A DNA stretch of 64,000 bases from Antedon mediterranea (taxonomy: Eukaryota > Animalia > Echinodermata): NCBI RefSeq assembly GCF_964355755.1, contig NC_092677.1:3804101-3868100 (forward strand), given 5' to 3'. This document shows, one piece after another, positions 49,901 to 60,900 of this stretch (position 1 is its first letter; every line of letters starts with the position of its first letter). Below the pieces are notes generated by a model. The model was not told the DNA's origin and did not search any database. It worked only from the letters and a program-made list of their open reading frames with translations. A program made the position numbers and the translations under genes.

Positions 49901-52272
49901 GAAAGAAATAAAAACTCCCAAAGACTTGATTCGAAAGCTCTGTTTACACTAGTATCAACACTAGTTTGACAAAAAAGTGTGGTAGTGATGACATCATCAT
50001 CATGTCGACATCACATGTTTTTGTTGCATAAAGTTTGATAGTGTAGACAGAGCTTTAGACTTTGTTAATGTAGAGCATCTTGTAAATGTTTGTCAGGAAG
50101 ACTTTCAAGTGTACGATAGAATCTTATCAGTTCTTTTCAATAATTAGTTTTTCTCTTATCCTTTTTTAACATTATTCCTAAGCTCTGTCTACATTATCAA
50201 ACTAGTTTGACAAAAAAAGTGTGATGTGCCCAAATATGGTCTTAATATGCACAGATATGGTTTGGATATGACATCATCATGTCCATATATGGGCACATCA
50301 CATTTTTGTTGACACATAAAGTTTGATAGTGTAAACAGAGCTTTATTCTTTCAACATTTATTAATACATTTTTCCACAGTGTTCATGCTGAAATAAATTT
50401 TACCAAAGCATCTTGGTTTATCAGGAATATTATTGAAAAGCAGGTTCATGTTGGACTCAAGAATGGCTATATATTCCTAGGTAAGTGACAACCACTAATT
50501 TGCCATTTAACATTCATTATTTGGAATTCAATTTGTTAATTACTTTATCATACTGTTTAGTAACAAATAAGTATTGTTTGAAATTTTGTTTGTTTTGGTG
50601 ATTTTATAGACCAAAAAAAGTTTTAAGTAAAACTGTTCGTATGTCTTATGTCTATACAAAAAAGATCATAAAAATACATTTCTGTATTAAAAGTATAAAT
50701 AAATGTTAATATTTATGTTATGTATATTTATATTCACTCCAGAATTGTGATTTTATATTTTTTCTGTTTTGCAAAAAGGTAAATATCTGAGAGAAAATCT
50801 TGAAGTAGTAAGTGGTAAAAAGAGGAAGGTGAAACGAAGGAGAATCCCAAGTCATAAAGAAGAAGGAGATGAGAGCACTTCCTCCCAACGTCCATTAAAG
50901 AAAAGTATATCAGTACATGACCAAAACACTGGTAAGTGTAACTAAAGCTGTGATATGTCCATATATGGACTTGATGATGTTATATCACTACCATATTTGG
51001 ACATATCATACACATTTTGTTGTACTGTAGGTGACTTCTTAAGCCCTGTCTTCACTATCAAATTTCTGTATATGGACATGATGATGTCATATCACTACCA
51101 TTATTAATTTTTTTTCCACGTTTTTAAACATCTTTCTTTAAATTAATGTCATCTATGAAAACATTATCACAATATGCAAATAAAAAAAAATCCATTAACA
51201 CAATTATTTTAGCAAAAATAATAAAAAATATTCTATGCTAATATTAGTATTCTCAGTGCAACGATTTTTACAACACTATTTATGTTATCCAATCCAAAAA
51301 CTCAACTGTGTTCAAATTTATTTTTAATGTAGAGCTCTTTCTACACTGTCAAACTAGTACGACAAAAAAAGTGTGATGCTTTATAGCCCTATGAGAAAGA
51401 AGTTTAAGAGCTGTTCAGTATTATTATTTTTTAGCAGGAGTGTTATCGTACCTCTTACCTCCCTGGTTACGTGGCACACAGTCCACCTCTCGTGGCGTGA
51501 TGTTTGCGATTTGCTTAGTACTGTTTCTTCTGGTTGTGGTCAATGTCTTCCTATACTCTCAACTCCAGCATCTAGAGCGCAAAAGTCTCGATAGGAACCT
51601 GTGGACACGGAGTGAGGTGTTTGATAAGATTGATAAGGTGCCGGCGTCTGCTGAAGACTGGAAGAGGTTGATCAAACAGCAGCAGATATTCCATGAGGAA
51701 GAACTCGCAAAGTGGAGAGATATTATTAGTTTATGTGTTCAACTCATGAGACAGGTTGGTTTTTTTTTTTTTTTTAAAGCTCAGGTACATGCATGAATTT
51801 CAAATATAATCTGGTTAAATATATCAGAAAACAAATAAGTATGAGCAGGATTATAAACTGTAGGTCCAGTGTACACATCTAGCTCATGTGCACTTTAAAG
51901 AACCTAGTTCATCTTTTGAGACGAGTATGGGGTTACCCCAGTGTACTAGTACAACACGGCCACTGATCATAACTGGGCCCTCTGGAAAAAGAGTCTTTGA
52001 CTGAAGAGATCACCTTGTATAAACAAAGAAGAAATAAATATCTTATCTGACCATTCCCTTCTTTCTGTGTAACAAGACACATAAATACAATGTTGTATTT
52101 TTACTTTATTTTCTTCTTCTGTTTTTTCTAGATGGAGACAGCGTTAGAAGATCTAAAATCAGACATAGACCCAATATCTTCACTATCAAATCTGGACAAG
52201 TTTGCAAGTGAAGCACTCCAACATTTACCGATATCGTCACGTGACAAAGAAAACGATCATGGACCCACCTGA
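31975..52272 (+). CDS. GRAMD1: GRAM domain-containing protein 1 / Aster (GRAM + VASt/StART-like + TM + amphipathic helix)
   Basis: Approximate exons: 31975-32336, (alternative first exon 37632-38017), 41626-41685, (42430-42477), (42858-42884), (43410-43631), 45448-45577, 45881-45965, 46084-46187, 46546-46641, 46788-46868, 47866-48063, 48313-48439, 48746-48895, 49235-49356, 49568-49713, 50380-50480, 50779-50931, 51438-51754, 52132-52272 (TGA). GRAM domain: YKSRCEEFQKLFKGIPDTERLTVDYSCALQKEILVHGRMYVTQNYLCFYANIFKWET...FIPNALQV...YFFTSFGSRDKSFMTIFKLWQN. VASt domain: IGPKSSQVTETQ...GIPYSDNFHVLGRWCITRVS. TM: VMFAICLVLFLLVVVNVFLY, followed by the EELAKWRDII helix. The 5' exons are less certain than the core. 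Confidence 0.93.
32527..32923. mobile_element. MITE with ~55-bp TIRs in GRAMD1 intron 1
   Basis: ATGCACTTGTCAATTGTATGACCCACTATACGACCCCCGGGAGAGGTGCGTCATT pairs with AATGACGCACCTCTTCCGGGGGGTTGTATAGTGGGTCATACAATTGACAAGTGCAT. Confidence 0.85.
34952..35260 (+). mobile_element. Kolobok-like non-autonomous DNA element family
   Basis: Starts TTAAAGATATATTATCCC and shares a body (...TTTACCTGAAAAAACTGTAATTTAAAGCAAAAAATAGTCAAATTGGCTGCCA...GGGGGACAA) with copies at about 13135-13470, 25140-25270 and 42025-42337 (-). The superfamily call rests only on the TTAA/AAAG-type ends. Confidence 0.6.
40073..40816. repeat. 74-bp minisatellite, ~10 copies
   Basis: Unit TACCATAATATACTAGTGTACTGATAAGACAACTAT(T/G)GATAGAGTTTAGGATACATTGTACTATACAGTTGTAA. 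Confidence 0.95.
44113..44350. mobile_element. Hairpin MITE with ~110-bp inverted arms
   Basis: AGTCTATTTCATGCCTTGCTTACCTGGATAAACC...CTCTCCATAAATG pairs with CATTTATGGAGAG...GGTTTATCCAGGTAAGCTAGGCACGAAATAGACT. Related ends occur at about 29400-29457, 36544-36630 and 45648-45820. Confidence 0.85.
51850..52030 (+). mobile_element. 5'-truncated Deu/Nin-like SINE copy
   Basis: TATAAACTGTAGGTCCAGTGTACACATCTAGCTC...GGGGTTACCCCAGTGTACTAGTAC...GTCTTTGACTGAAGAG matches the copy at 19470-19790. Confidence 0.8.
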
Positions 52273-54765
52273 GATTCTAATGCAGATAATATATCTATTT
52301 TATAACAATAGTTTATATCTTTTAATTATTCATAAATTTTTAATATATTCATGTTTTTTGTCCAATCGCGCACAACATTGTTATCAAACAGCCGATTCTA
52401 GGTGCTGTATCTAAATTGGTGTCAGTATCGTAGGCACATTCTAAGATACAGCATCACATGTGAAGCACATGTAAAAGCCTGTATCATAAATTTTAACCTT
52501 CAGTTATACAGGTGTCACATGTGATACACATGTATTGCTGTATGTTAAAATATACCTATGATCGCGGCAAATATTTTCATATTTGTAGATACAGAACTGA
52601 GAATCGGGTGAATATTATCACCTTTTTTCACCTCAATTTTTGGATGTATTTGTTTTTCTCAAGTTTGTTTACAATTTGTTGCATTTCGAGAATTTTTTAT
52701 TTCTAAATTTTACTCCGACTAAATATAGCGGTAACTATATATGGAACATATAGAGTAGGTATTATTCTTAAATTTTAATTATTATTAATTACTCTGTTTA
52801 GTTCTTATCAAAAATGAATTTTTGTCTAGATGAATTTACGATTAAATTCATCTTGACATTTCTATATTACAGTACTACAGTAAAGATAAAGGTGCCAGAA
52901 ATAAACCAATCAGATTGCAGTTCTAAGTCATGTGATAAACATGTCATCATACACTTTATTGACGGAAAATTCAAACATTTCAAATTTAAATCATTAATAA
53001 ATTATTAAAATCCCTTTGATTGAATTTTGCAGTAATCATTTCCAAATTTTTAATATTATTTAAATTTGTTTATCATATTGTTGCATCCATAGAGTATAAT
53101 TAAATTAAGAATTGATTTATTGATAGAATTAAGTTTTATTATTACATAATGATGATAAATATGCTAATTGTAATTGATTTTTGCATAATTATGCAAAACC
53201 CTTTTGTTCATGTCAACGCACATGCATTACAGATAAAATTAACCTCGGTCACCATCAGGGTCTTGTTTTTTTATAATACAGTATTAAATTCTGTCTACAC
53301 TATCAAACTTTATGTGACAAAAAAATGTGATGTGCCCATATATGGACATGATGATGTCATATCACTACTATATTTGAGCATATCATTACCATATATGGGT
53401 ACATCACACTTTTTTGTCACATAAAGTTTGATAGCGTAGACAAGGCTTTACAGGTTGGAGTATTTTAAGCATTAACTTATTAAATGTTAGCCTTTAAACA
53501 GAGTATAGATTATATAAATGTAACCTCGTACATAGTTTTACCTGTTTAGTATGACGTCATTTTAAAGGTAAATTCTGTATATTGTTTGATATAGGTAGCC
53601 TCTAAACTGACTGATGTAACTTGCATCAAATCAAAATTCACCTTGTAGCATGGATTAAACCCGATAATGTATATTTATTGATTCCAGATTTTACAAGTTG
53701 AAAATATTTAATCTAATCTAAAGAGCGTCTCCAATCAATATTTTTATAAAAATAAGCAGAGTGTACTGTACTACTTATACACACAAAATAACTATATTAT
53801 TCATATTACATTGCAGCAGAACCCTTTAGAGATGCAAAAATATGTCCCCTTAATAGAGGTTGGTCGTAGTTTTAAAATATATTGCCTCGATAATTTCACA
53901 AGAATTTTACTCAAATAGACATTCCCCTTATATAGGTGTGTGCCAATGTAGGGTTTCCACTGTGTTTTAATTTATCTATAAATAAATAATAAGGATTTAA
54001 TAATATTAATAATTAATAGACATTATATTATTATGATTATAAGAAAAAACATTTTCAGTTTTGCCAAAAACATAAACAGCGTTAAACATATTGGTAAGCT
54101 ATTATACCCACCAGCTCGGTTAATTAAAGGAACAGTACAAGTTACTTTGTTAGTGCGATTGTGATTTTATTTTTACTCATAATTCATTTGAGCCATTTTC
54201 TGTGTTTCATTCGTACCTCTCTGTAAAATGTTGTTTATAATATCATATTGTCTCTTAATATTCTTATGAAAGTAACCATCTAAACTTTAATTGTAAAATT
54301 ATGTTATTAACTATTAATTTACTCAATATGTGTGTTGCTTTAAGTTTGGCCATTTTTCGTTTTGGTTTTGTTTTATGGTTGTTGTTTTAAATATTATTAT
54401 AATGTTTATATTACTGTAGACAAACATGTTTTATGTTATTTTTATGTATCTTGTTATATTATTACAAGATCTAGTACCACCACAATTATTTCTTATGATT
54501 TGATTAAGTTTTCAGAGTTTTCATTTTAATTTTCGTTGCCGTTCACATGATACTAATGTCATTTTCACCATGTCAGTTGATAGTTTTCATATTAATTTAT
54601 TAATGTTTTAAGTTAAATCTCATATGGATAACACTACATTATTTGTGATTACCTCATGGTGTAGTACCTTCCCTTTCATCTCACGAGTTTGGTTCAAGTC
54701 CTATGTTTGTTCAAACTAAAAATTAACACTAAACCCTATCACCACTAACAAGTTATAAATTAATA

Positions 54766-54914
54766 AATAATGAATGTTTTGTATTCATTGAATAGGGATG
54801 ATATTTATACTCGTTTAAAAATTGACTATTTAACCTATCATGTTCAATAGTACAGTCGAATATTCCATATGTGTAGATATAATATCCCTATTCAACTCAT
54901 AAACATTCATTATT
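54766..54914. repeat. Inverted repeat (MITE-like) in or after the GRAMD1 3' region
   Basis: AATAATGAATGTTT...TTGAATAGGGAT pairs with ATCCCTATTCAA...AAACATTCATTATT. Confidence 0.7.
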
Positions 54915-55849
54915 TGTATGAAATAATATACTATATTAATGAGACAAACCATCGCAACCCAATATTTTGAACTCTATTAGTTCATCTTCAGGGAACCCCA
55001 TTATGCTGTACGACGATGGTACCCAGCTTTAAGCTCTGTCCACACTATCAAACTAGTTTGATAAAAAAGTGTGCCCAAATATGGTCGTGGGATGCCCAAA
55101 TATGGTAGTGATATGCTCAAATATGGTAGTGATATGACATCATCATGTCCATATATGGGCACATCACATTTTTTGTCACATAAAGTTGTAGACAAGGGTT
55201 TAGGGCATTTATTGTATTGTATATTTAAAAAATATGTACGTAACTCGAGCGTACATTTGATCGTGCGTATTTTGTCTTTATTTGTGCTAAAAAAAATAGA
55301 TATTAGATATTTTTAAAATTGGACAAAACGGTCAGTAACGATCTATTATGTAAGTATTGTATCATAGAAATATAGTTTATTTATTGTTACCAATTAAAAT
55401 ACATAATTACGATGGCTGGTATTTAATATGGCGTTATTTTATTAATATAATATTTGGATGTACATTTAATTTATTGAAGAGATTGATATTATTTGCCTAC
55501 GGATTTTCACGAATGTTGAAACAAAAATAAATGATTTTTCTTTATGGAAATATGTATTTTTCTTTATTATATACTTGTTGTGTATAGAACAAAAAACAGA
55601 AGACAAAAGACAAGATAAGAAAATAACCGTCTTCGCTCGACTTTTTCTGTTGAATTTCAATCACGCGTGTCATTTTGTTTTAGGATTTGTGATTGGACAA
55701 TGCCTCTACCAACAAGTTGTCTTTACTAAGCAGCTCTGTCGAGCAATGATGGAATGGCGTGACCAGTATGTTTCAAAAGTGTTATGTGAGAGGAGATGAT
55801 TTTGGTAGGCCTACGATTTAGCACCATATCTGTGGACAGAACATGAGCA

Positions 55850-56383
55850 GGAAACACCAAATACCAGCTAAATGGAAACACCAAATACCAGCTAAATGGA
55901 AACACCAAATACCAGCTAAATGGAAACACCAAATACCAGCTAAATGGAAACACCAAATACCAGCTAAATGGAAACACCAAATACCAGCTAAATGGAAACA
56001 CCAAATACCAGCTAAATGAAAACACCAAATACCAGCTAAATGGAAACACCAAATACCAGCTAAATGGAAACACCAAATACCAGCTAAATGGAAACACCAA
56101 ATACCAGCTAAATGGAAACACCAAATACCAGCTAAATGGAAACACCAAGTACCAGCTAAATGGAAACACCAAATACCAGCTAAATGAAAACACCAAATAC
56201 CAGCTAAATGGAAACACCAAATACCAGCTAAATGGAAACACCAAATACCAGCTAAATGGAAACACCAAATACCAGCTAAATGGAAACACCAAATACCAGC
56301 TAAATGGAAACACCAAATACCAGCTAAATGGAAACACCAAATACCAGCTAAATGGAAACACCAAATACCAGCTAAATGGAAAC
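55850..56383. repeat. 24-bp minisatellite, ~22 copies
   Basis: Unit GGAAACACCAAATACCAGCTAAAT, intergenic between GRAMD1 and SSUH2. Confidence 0.97.
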
Positions 56384-56954
56384 TACATCCAAAAATGAAT
56401 GGATACAGGATAAAATGAATGATTGTATAAATTTTTATATCAATGCAAAACTTAGTTTTAAATAATTGTACATACATAGTATACCTATTGTATAATAACA
56501 TGTTTTTTTAATGGAATGTATGCTAGAAAATGTCAAATCCGTTAAACGATGACGTTATTAACAGATGACGTCACGATTACTTGACCAAGTTTGAAACTTA
56601 AAATACTACACCCTTTTTCAGTTATGTATACCCATGGCGGATCCATGGTATACCTATATAGGGCCCGCCTACAGTCTATGAGAGGATGACGTATATTGAC
56701 GTCGTTAACAGTAACGACGATGTTGCGTAACAGATTTTTTTTTTAAGCCTCTTCGTATACATTTTATATTTTATAAGTTTATATACATTTTTTTTACGTT
56801 CGCCAACGGATTGCTGACACGTCGCGCTGGAAAACGGTATACAAAATATCGTTACTAAATCTATTCTTTTTACACACACACAATCTATGACGCGTTTGCA
56901 TCGGGCTTCGCTACTGTAAGAAAACAACATTATATTACTATTAAACTTAATTTA

Positions 56955-57977
56955 GTCTCTTCGGCCGCCCATATCTAAAGAATCGTGCATCTTACACACG
57001 ACTCTCTTCAGCCCATATCTAAAGAATCGTGCATCTTACACACGACTCTCTTTGGCCGCCCATATCTAAAGAATCGTGCATCCACTTACGCATGACTCCT
57101 TTTGGCCGCAAGTATCTAAAGCCTGTTTTCCTGTCGACGTTAAGTTACGTTCAGTTGCGTTGAGTTGACATATTCAACGATTTAACAGGAAAAGGGGGTA
57201 AAAATTAACGTTGAAAATCGTTAAAATCTTAAATCGTTAAAGTTGAACTCGGTTCAACTTTAACGATTACGATCGTTACGATCGTTAAAACTGACCAATC
57301 AAATGGTCCACAAATTACGTCATTGCAGTTTGTGAAAAAATAGGTACGCGCTGACAATTCTTGAATGTTTACAACGCGACGATGTTTTTCACCTTTTTTG
57401 TACACTTTTATTAAGGTCTGATATTTAAAAAAAACAAGTGTAAGTTAAATTAAATTATAATATTAAACCAATTAAATTTAATGTTTGTCTTTAGTGTAAG
57501 CCTAGATTACGATATCAACGAAAGTATGTCCTAGGCTGGGTTTAAGCATCAAAACCCGTAACTTTTTCAATTTTCACGCGGTCCCGGCTGCGCGTGGCCG
57601 GCCTTAGTTTTGCAACACTTCACGTCCGCGTGTCCCAGCAACGCTCGAGAGAACCAAGAAACTATGAACGATCGCGTAAAAATGTGTAAATATTGGCGGT
57701 CCGACTCGATCATCGTCATCGCTATTTTATTTTCAACTTTAACGATTTTAAACTCAACGCAACTCAACGTATTTCAACGTCGACAGGAAAACAGGCTTTA
57801 AGAATCATGCATCTTCTTACGCACGATTCTCTTCTGCCGCGCTTACCAAAGAATCGTGTATCTTCTTACGCACGATTCTATTCGGCCGCCCATATCTAAA
57901 GAGTCGTGCATTTCTTGCGCACGACTCTCTTCGGCCGCCCATATCTAAATAATCGTGCATCTTCTTACGCACGACTC
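56955..57977 (-). repeat. Seven ~45-50-bp tandem copies of the SSUH2 terminal codons + stop + start of the 3' UTR, interrupted by a MITE
   Basis: The minus-strand unit is GAGTCGTGCGTAAGAAGATGCACGATT(A/C)TTTAGATATGGGCGGCCGAAGA. The first copy is the real coding end. Confidence 0.9.
57120..57797. mobile_element. Harbinger-like non-autonomous element (~680 bp) inserted in the SSUH2 3' repeat array
   Basis: TIR AGCCTGTTTTCCTGTCGACGTT...AACGTCGACAGGAAAACAGGCT with TAA/TTA flanks. It splits the fourth repeat unit. Confidence 0.85.
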
Positions 57978-60900
57978 TGGATAGTCTGGCGCATACACTT
58001 TGTTTTCTTCTCCGTAAACCCAGAATGACTTGGTCTTTCTCTTCCAGTCGTACTTTGCCTCTACTGAAGGTAACGCAACGAGAACATGGCACTAAAAAAA
58101 TGAAAGAAAAACGTTACGTTGTTAACGTGCGCATGCGTGTATGTGCCATCTGGTACTTGTTTTGTAAACCATGGAGCTATAATAACAGTAGCCCCATGTT
58201 CAGAATATTCGATAGCGTAGAGCCCCTCCTTCGAGACACCCCTGTTATTTCCCGTGTGTATAATAAAAAAAAAAAAACGATAGGCCTGTGATGTTTTGGA
58301 AAATATTATATTCAGAATTTGTATTTCGCAAAAAGATCTTGGTGTTTTTATTGATAGTTCCCTTTGTTTTTCTTTTCATATTGATTATCTTGTTGGCAAG
58401 TGCAATAGACTGCTTGGGCTGATGTGGCGTAATTGTAAACATTTTGACAGGCAAACCAAAATCCACCTTTATTATTCAATTATCCATCCCATTCTCAACT
58501 TCAGTTCTGTTATTTTTAATTCTATTTCGAAAACTCAGTCTACGCGCATTCAGCGTCTGCATAACCGTTTTTTACGCTACATCAGCCACAACCAGAATCC
58601 TGACTTTCATTTCCATGTCCGATCTCCTGAGTCTCGTAGAACCTTTTTTGATCTTGTTTTTTTGTATAAATGTATTAATTCTTTATTTGACTGTAATTTA
58701 GTTAGTAATTTTTATCTTAGAGTCCCTAGTCGTCGTCTTAGAAGAAATACTACTTTTCATATTCCTTTTAGTAGAGTAAATGTTTTAAAAAATGGTTTTA
58801 TTAGTAGATTAAGTCAAACTTATAATTCTTTTACTTTAAGAAATCCTGAGTTAGATATCTTTAGTAATGATTTCCGTAAGTTTCGTAACATTGTTAGTAG
58901 TTTAGTTTAATGTTTGTTATTGTATATGTTCGTGTTTGTCTATGTTCCCTCCTGTAAGTGGTGAACCATGAGCTCACTGTTGGTTGGGAAATGAATAAAT
59001 AAATAAAAAAATAAATAAATAAATAAAGAAGAGGAAACCCTTCTTGGGACACCCGGCCCTATTGAAGGGTACACTTTTCCATGAAACTAACGTAGAGCAC
59101 TATATATCTTACACTGCACTCACGAGCAAGCCCAATTAGGCGACACTTTGTTGGGTCCCGAGGGTGTACCCTTATCAGAGATGCTACTGTGGTGTAAATA
59201 CTATTAATGTATTACCGTACCTGCTGGACGATACGTTTTGTTGAATCCACCGCATGTTTGGATATCATGTCGTCAGATGCTGTATTTACGTCTCCAATGT
59301 GGTAATTTGCAATAGGACTAACCTAAAATCATTGTAAAATACCTGTCATGCATATATACTTATTCGTGTGTGTTATTTGGAAAACTATGCGTACTTATAC
59401 TTCTTTACTTTGCTGTGCCACAACACACTCTGTCTTACATCTTATTTCTGGTCGCTTTCAAACACAAATTTATTTATTATTATTTTTCATTTACAGTATG
59501 AACTACTAATGTTGAGTTATAGGTCCTTTTTTTGGCCAGTATTCTCAAGTATTGGAAAAGAAAATTCTTTCTTACCGTTGTAGCTTCTGTTTCAATAACT
59601 TTTATCTTATGCGACTTTTGTAGGTTTTTGTTTGCAACTTTTGTTGGGTTCAGCCAAATCTCATTCTCGATAATATCACTAAAAGAATTACAACATTAGA
59701 ACATTGTACCTCAATGTCTTTTTTTTTTAAGGAAGAATACGTTATTTATATCTGTTGTCCGAATTTCCCCCCCCCCCCCCGGGTCCGGCGCCGTCAAATC
59801 AAATCAAAAGTGAATGCTTTACGCGGCTATACGCCAATAGACATGCGCGTTTCCACGAGAGTTAACGAAACATTGACGTTCGATTTGATTTGCCGGACCG
59901 GAACCGTGCTGGAACAGGTGTGAAAGACCCTTTACGCGGATAATTGATAAGTGTATTGTAATCTGGAATAAGTGACTAATTTACAAGATTAGTATTAGAT
60001 ACCATTTTTGTTGTATCTGTTATGTCATGTTCTTACTAGATTACATTGTCATATCAACATTTATTGCATCTTCACAATCATTGATGAAGTTGTTTCTGAT
60101 TAGATAAATTCTTTTTATTCTGACAGCGCAAACATGTTAATGTGTTTACATTGAGCAAATTGGGTCTAAACTCATGATAGCGATCAACACATGACCAGAT
60201 CCTTTGGTACGCCATTTTGGTTCTTTCATTCTTTAAGCCTATAATGGTTTAGCCTACATAATGTCGACATTTGTGTATGTTTTAGACGGAGATTTTTGAC
60301 TTAATATTAATAAAAAGATAAATATGTTGGCACATATGGCGTTTCATACGTATAATACTTGAGCTCGTAAAATACAGGCTTTGGGCAAGTCTAGTTTCGA
60401 CCGTCCTTTTGAGAAAGGAGAGACATGTTTTTATTTTATTACAAACTTACTTTATAGACATTCGTATACTTACAATTTCGATAAAAGTTTTATGTAGAAA
60501 TGTAGCTGCTTGTGTCCCTGGCAGACCGAGCATACAATGCAAGCATGTCCCCGACATAGCTGGCAGTTAGGGTGTCCAGTCCCTCCGCATTGTACACATC
60601 CTGTCTCTTTCACTTTCCCAGTTCCTTTGCACTTCTTACAAAACGTCTAAAAGTTTATACGAAATTATGAATATTTTTTATTACGATATGAACATTAATT
60701 AATGAATAAAAACATTTTATTAATTTAGTGTATTAAAGAGAAAAAAGTATAGGCCTACAATTATGCAATTTTGTTTACCGTTCCACGGCCCTGGCATCGA
60801 TAACACTTGTTAAACCCTCTCCCAGTACATCCGTGACATGTCTGTAAAAAATCAAAATAAAATAAAATTGTTTTCCTCGACAGAAAATATGGTAAAACAT

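Noticed and set aside
14098-55316. Recurring short ORFs containing [19 protein letters not shown] or MPKYGSDM
   Set aside because: These are translations of the non-coding MITE family A, not a protein family.
55726-56501. Long minus-strand ORFs (WYLVFPFS)n and (WCFHLAGI)n
   Set aside because: They are artefacts of the 24-bp minisatellite.
58296-58910. 204-aa RT-related ORF as a domesticated gene or a novel RT system
   Set aside because: It is only the C-terminal part of LINE ORF2, lacks the catalytic YADD region, is 5'-truncated and has a simple-repeat tail. It is an ordinary dead-on-arrival insertion.
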